44,431 bases of DNA from assembly GCA_052055015.1 (NCBI GenBank), contig JBQJIT010000041.1. One strand, written 5' to 3'. Numbering within the stretch: the stretch's first letter is position 1; every line of letters begins with the position of its first letter. Both the position numbers and the translations under genes were made by a program. The notes beneath the pieces were generated by a model. That model ran no database searches. It was not told where the DNA came from and saw nothing but the letters and a program-made list of their open reading frames with translations. Source of the DNA: Malassezia furfur. Lineage: Eukaryota. Shown here one piece after another: positions 43,359-44,431 of the stretch.

Positions 43359-44431
43359 TTAATTACGCCGGCGCGGCTGGCGCAGTGGCTTGATTTGACG
43401 GCCCGCCGGCGCGGGCGACGTGCCCATATTGAACAAGTTTTCGCCCCCGCCCGGCGCACCGCCCGGGGGCGGCGTGCCGAACGAGAAGGGCGCGGGCGAC
43501 GATGGCGCTGCGGGGCTCGCGGTGCCGAAAGCAAACGGTGCGGGTGCCCCGGGCGCAGGCGCGGCGTTGGGCGCATTGAAGCCAAAGCCGGGGGCGCTTG
43601 GCGTGGTGGGCTGCGACGGTGCACCGGCACCGAACGTGAACGGTGCGGCGGGCGCCGCAGGCGCCGCCGCTGGGGCGCCGGCACCGAATGTGAACGTCGA
43701 TGCGGGCGACGGACCCCCCGCCGGCGGTGCGGCGCCAAACGAAAACGGTGCCGGATTCGCATTGCCGCCCAGCGCCGGATTCGCAGGCGCGCCAAACGAG
43801 AACGAGGTCGTAGATGCCGGTGCGGCGGGCGCGGCGGCTGTGGCAGCCTCTGGCGCGGCCTCCGGGGTGGCAGCCGCGTCCGCGCCCTCGGCATCGACGG
43901 CCATCGGCTCGGCGCGCGCCTCGCTCGGCATACGGCGCGGCGCGCGCTCCTCGGCCGGGCGCTGCGCAAGCTGCCGCACAAACTCGGTCGTCTCGTCAAA
44001 CGTCAGCGCCTCGTCCTCCGCCGCGGGCGCCTCGCGCCACGTCTCCGCCTCGGCGTCCTGCTGCGCACGCAGGTTGCGCGCGATCGCCTCGGGCGTGAGC
44101 GCCTGCATCGAGCGCTTGGCCTTGGCGCGGCGCGCGCGTGCGAGGCTCGCGGCGAGCTCGTCGTCGTCCACGACATTGTCCGTGTGCGTGCGCTCGCGCG
44201 GCGCGGCGGGCGCCGGCGCGGGCGGCGGCACACGCGGCACGTCGTCGTCGTCGTCGGGCTCGACCTTGATGCGCGTCGTGTGGCGCTTCTTCTTCTTGCC
44301 CTTCTTAAAGGCGACGTCCGCCGCCTCGTAGTCGGACACGGGCACGTTTTTCAGGTAGTCGAGCGAGGTGCGCTGCGCCGCGCGCGCGTCCTGCGCGGCC
44401 TGTGCGGCGTGCCGCGCGGCCGCCCGCAGCG
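43359..44431 (-). CDS. SNU66: 3' part of a chimeric-looking ORF: Snu66/SART1 middle region followed in frame by a Nup1/Nup153-like FxFG C-terminus
   Basis: SLDYLKNVPVSDY, FKKGKKKK, DDDELAASLARARR, TPEAIA and LTFDETTEFVRQL resemble SART-1. These are followed by FSFG/FTFG/FAFG repeats and a terminal RQIKPLRQPRRRN. Confidence 0.65.
   Translation of the reverse strand, partial: LRAAARHAAQAAQDARAAQRTSLDYLKNVPVSDYEAADVAFKKGKKKKRHTTRIKVEPDDDDDVPRVPPPAPAPAAPRERTHTDNVVDDDELAASLARARRAKAKRSMQALTPEAIARNLRAQQDAEAETWREAPAAEDEALTFDETTEFVRQLAQRPAEERAPRRMPSEARAEPMAVDAEGADAAATPEAAPEAATAAAPAAPASTTSFSFGAPANPALGGNANPAPFSFGAAPPAGGPSPASTFTFGAGAPAAAPAAPAAPFTFGAGAPSQPTTPSAPGFGFNAPNAAPAPGAPAPFAFGTASPAAPSSPAPFSFGTPPPGGAPGGGENLFNMGTSPAPAGRQIKPLRQPRRRN

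Overview
Eukaryotic (fungal) DNA. It is GC-rich, extremely gene-dense and carries tiny spliceosomal introns (GTAYGT/GTGCGT...CTRAC/CTCAC...YAG), which fits a Malassezia-like Ustilaginomycotina yeast; the taxon is an inference. About 24 housekeeping genes can be reconstructed by hand: an RG-rich partial gene, TTI2-like, TRAPPC13-like, MPO1, HPT1/XPT1, PDA1, RPB9, SDH4, ADE12, PRP31, GLT1, PDE1, an OPT transporter, PP4R1-like, ATG8, SPT16, RIP1, SNZ1/PDX1, CYC8, OSH6/7, an OCA-family pseudophosphatase, GTPBP1-like, CDC50, a TBC Rab-GAP and a partial SNU66. I recognised no mobile element, CRISPR array, tRNA or rRNA. Main observations: (1) SPT16 starts at the linker and lacks its whole N-terminal peptidase-like domain; (2) 35 introns have a median of 30 nt and go down to 22 nt; (3) a Snu66/SART1 ORF runs in frame into a Nup1/Nup153-like FxFG tail; (4) one 161-nt structured intron sits between two microexons in SDH4; (5) intergenic spacers of 4-55 bp are common and several promoters carry RTCACGTG; (6) OSH and TBC each have a frameshift that may be an assembly error. 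All gene identities come from motif recognition, not database searches.
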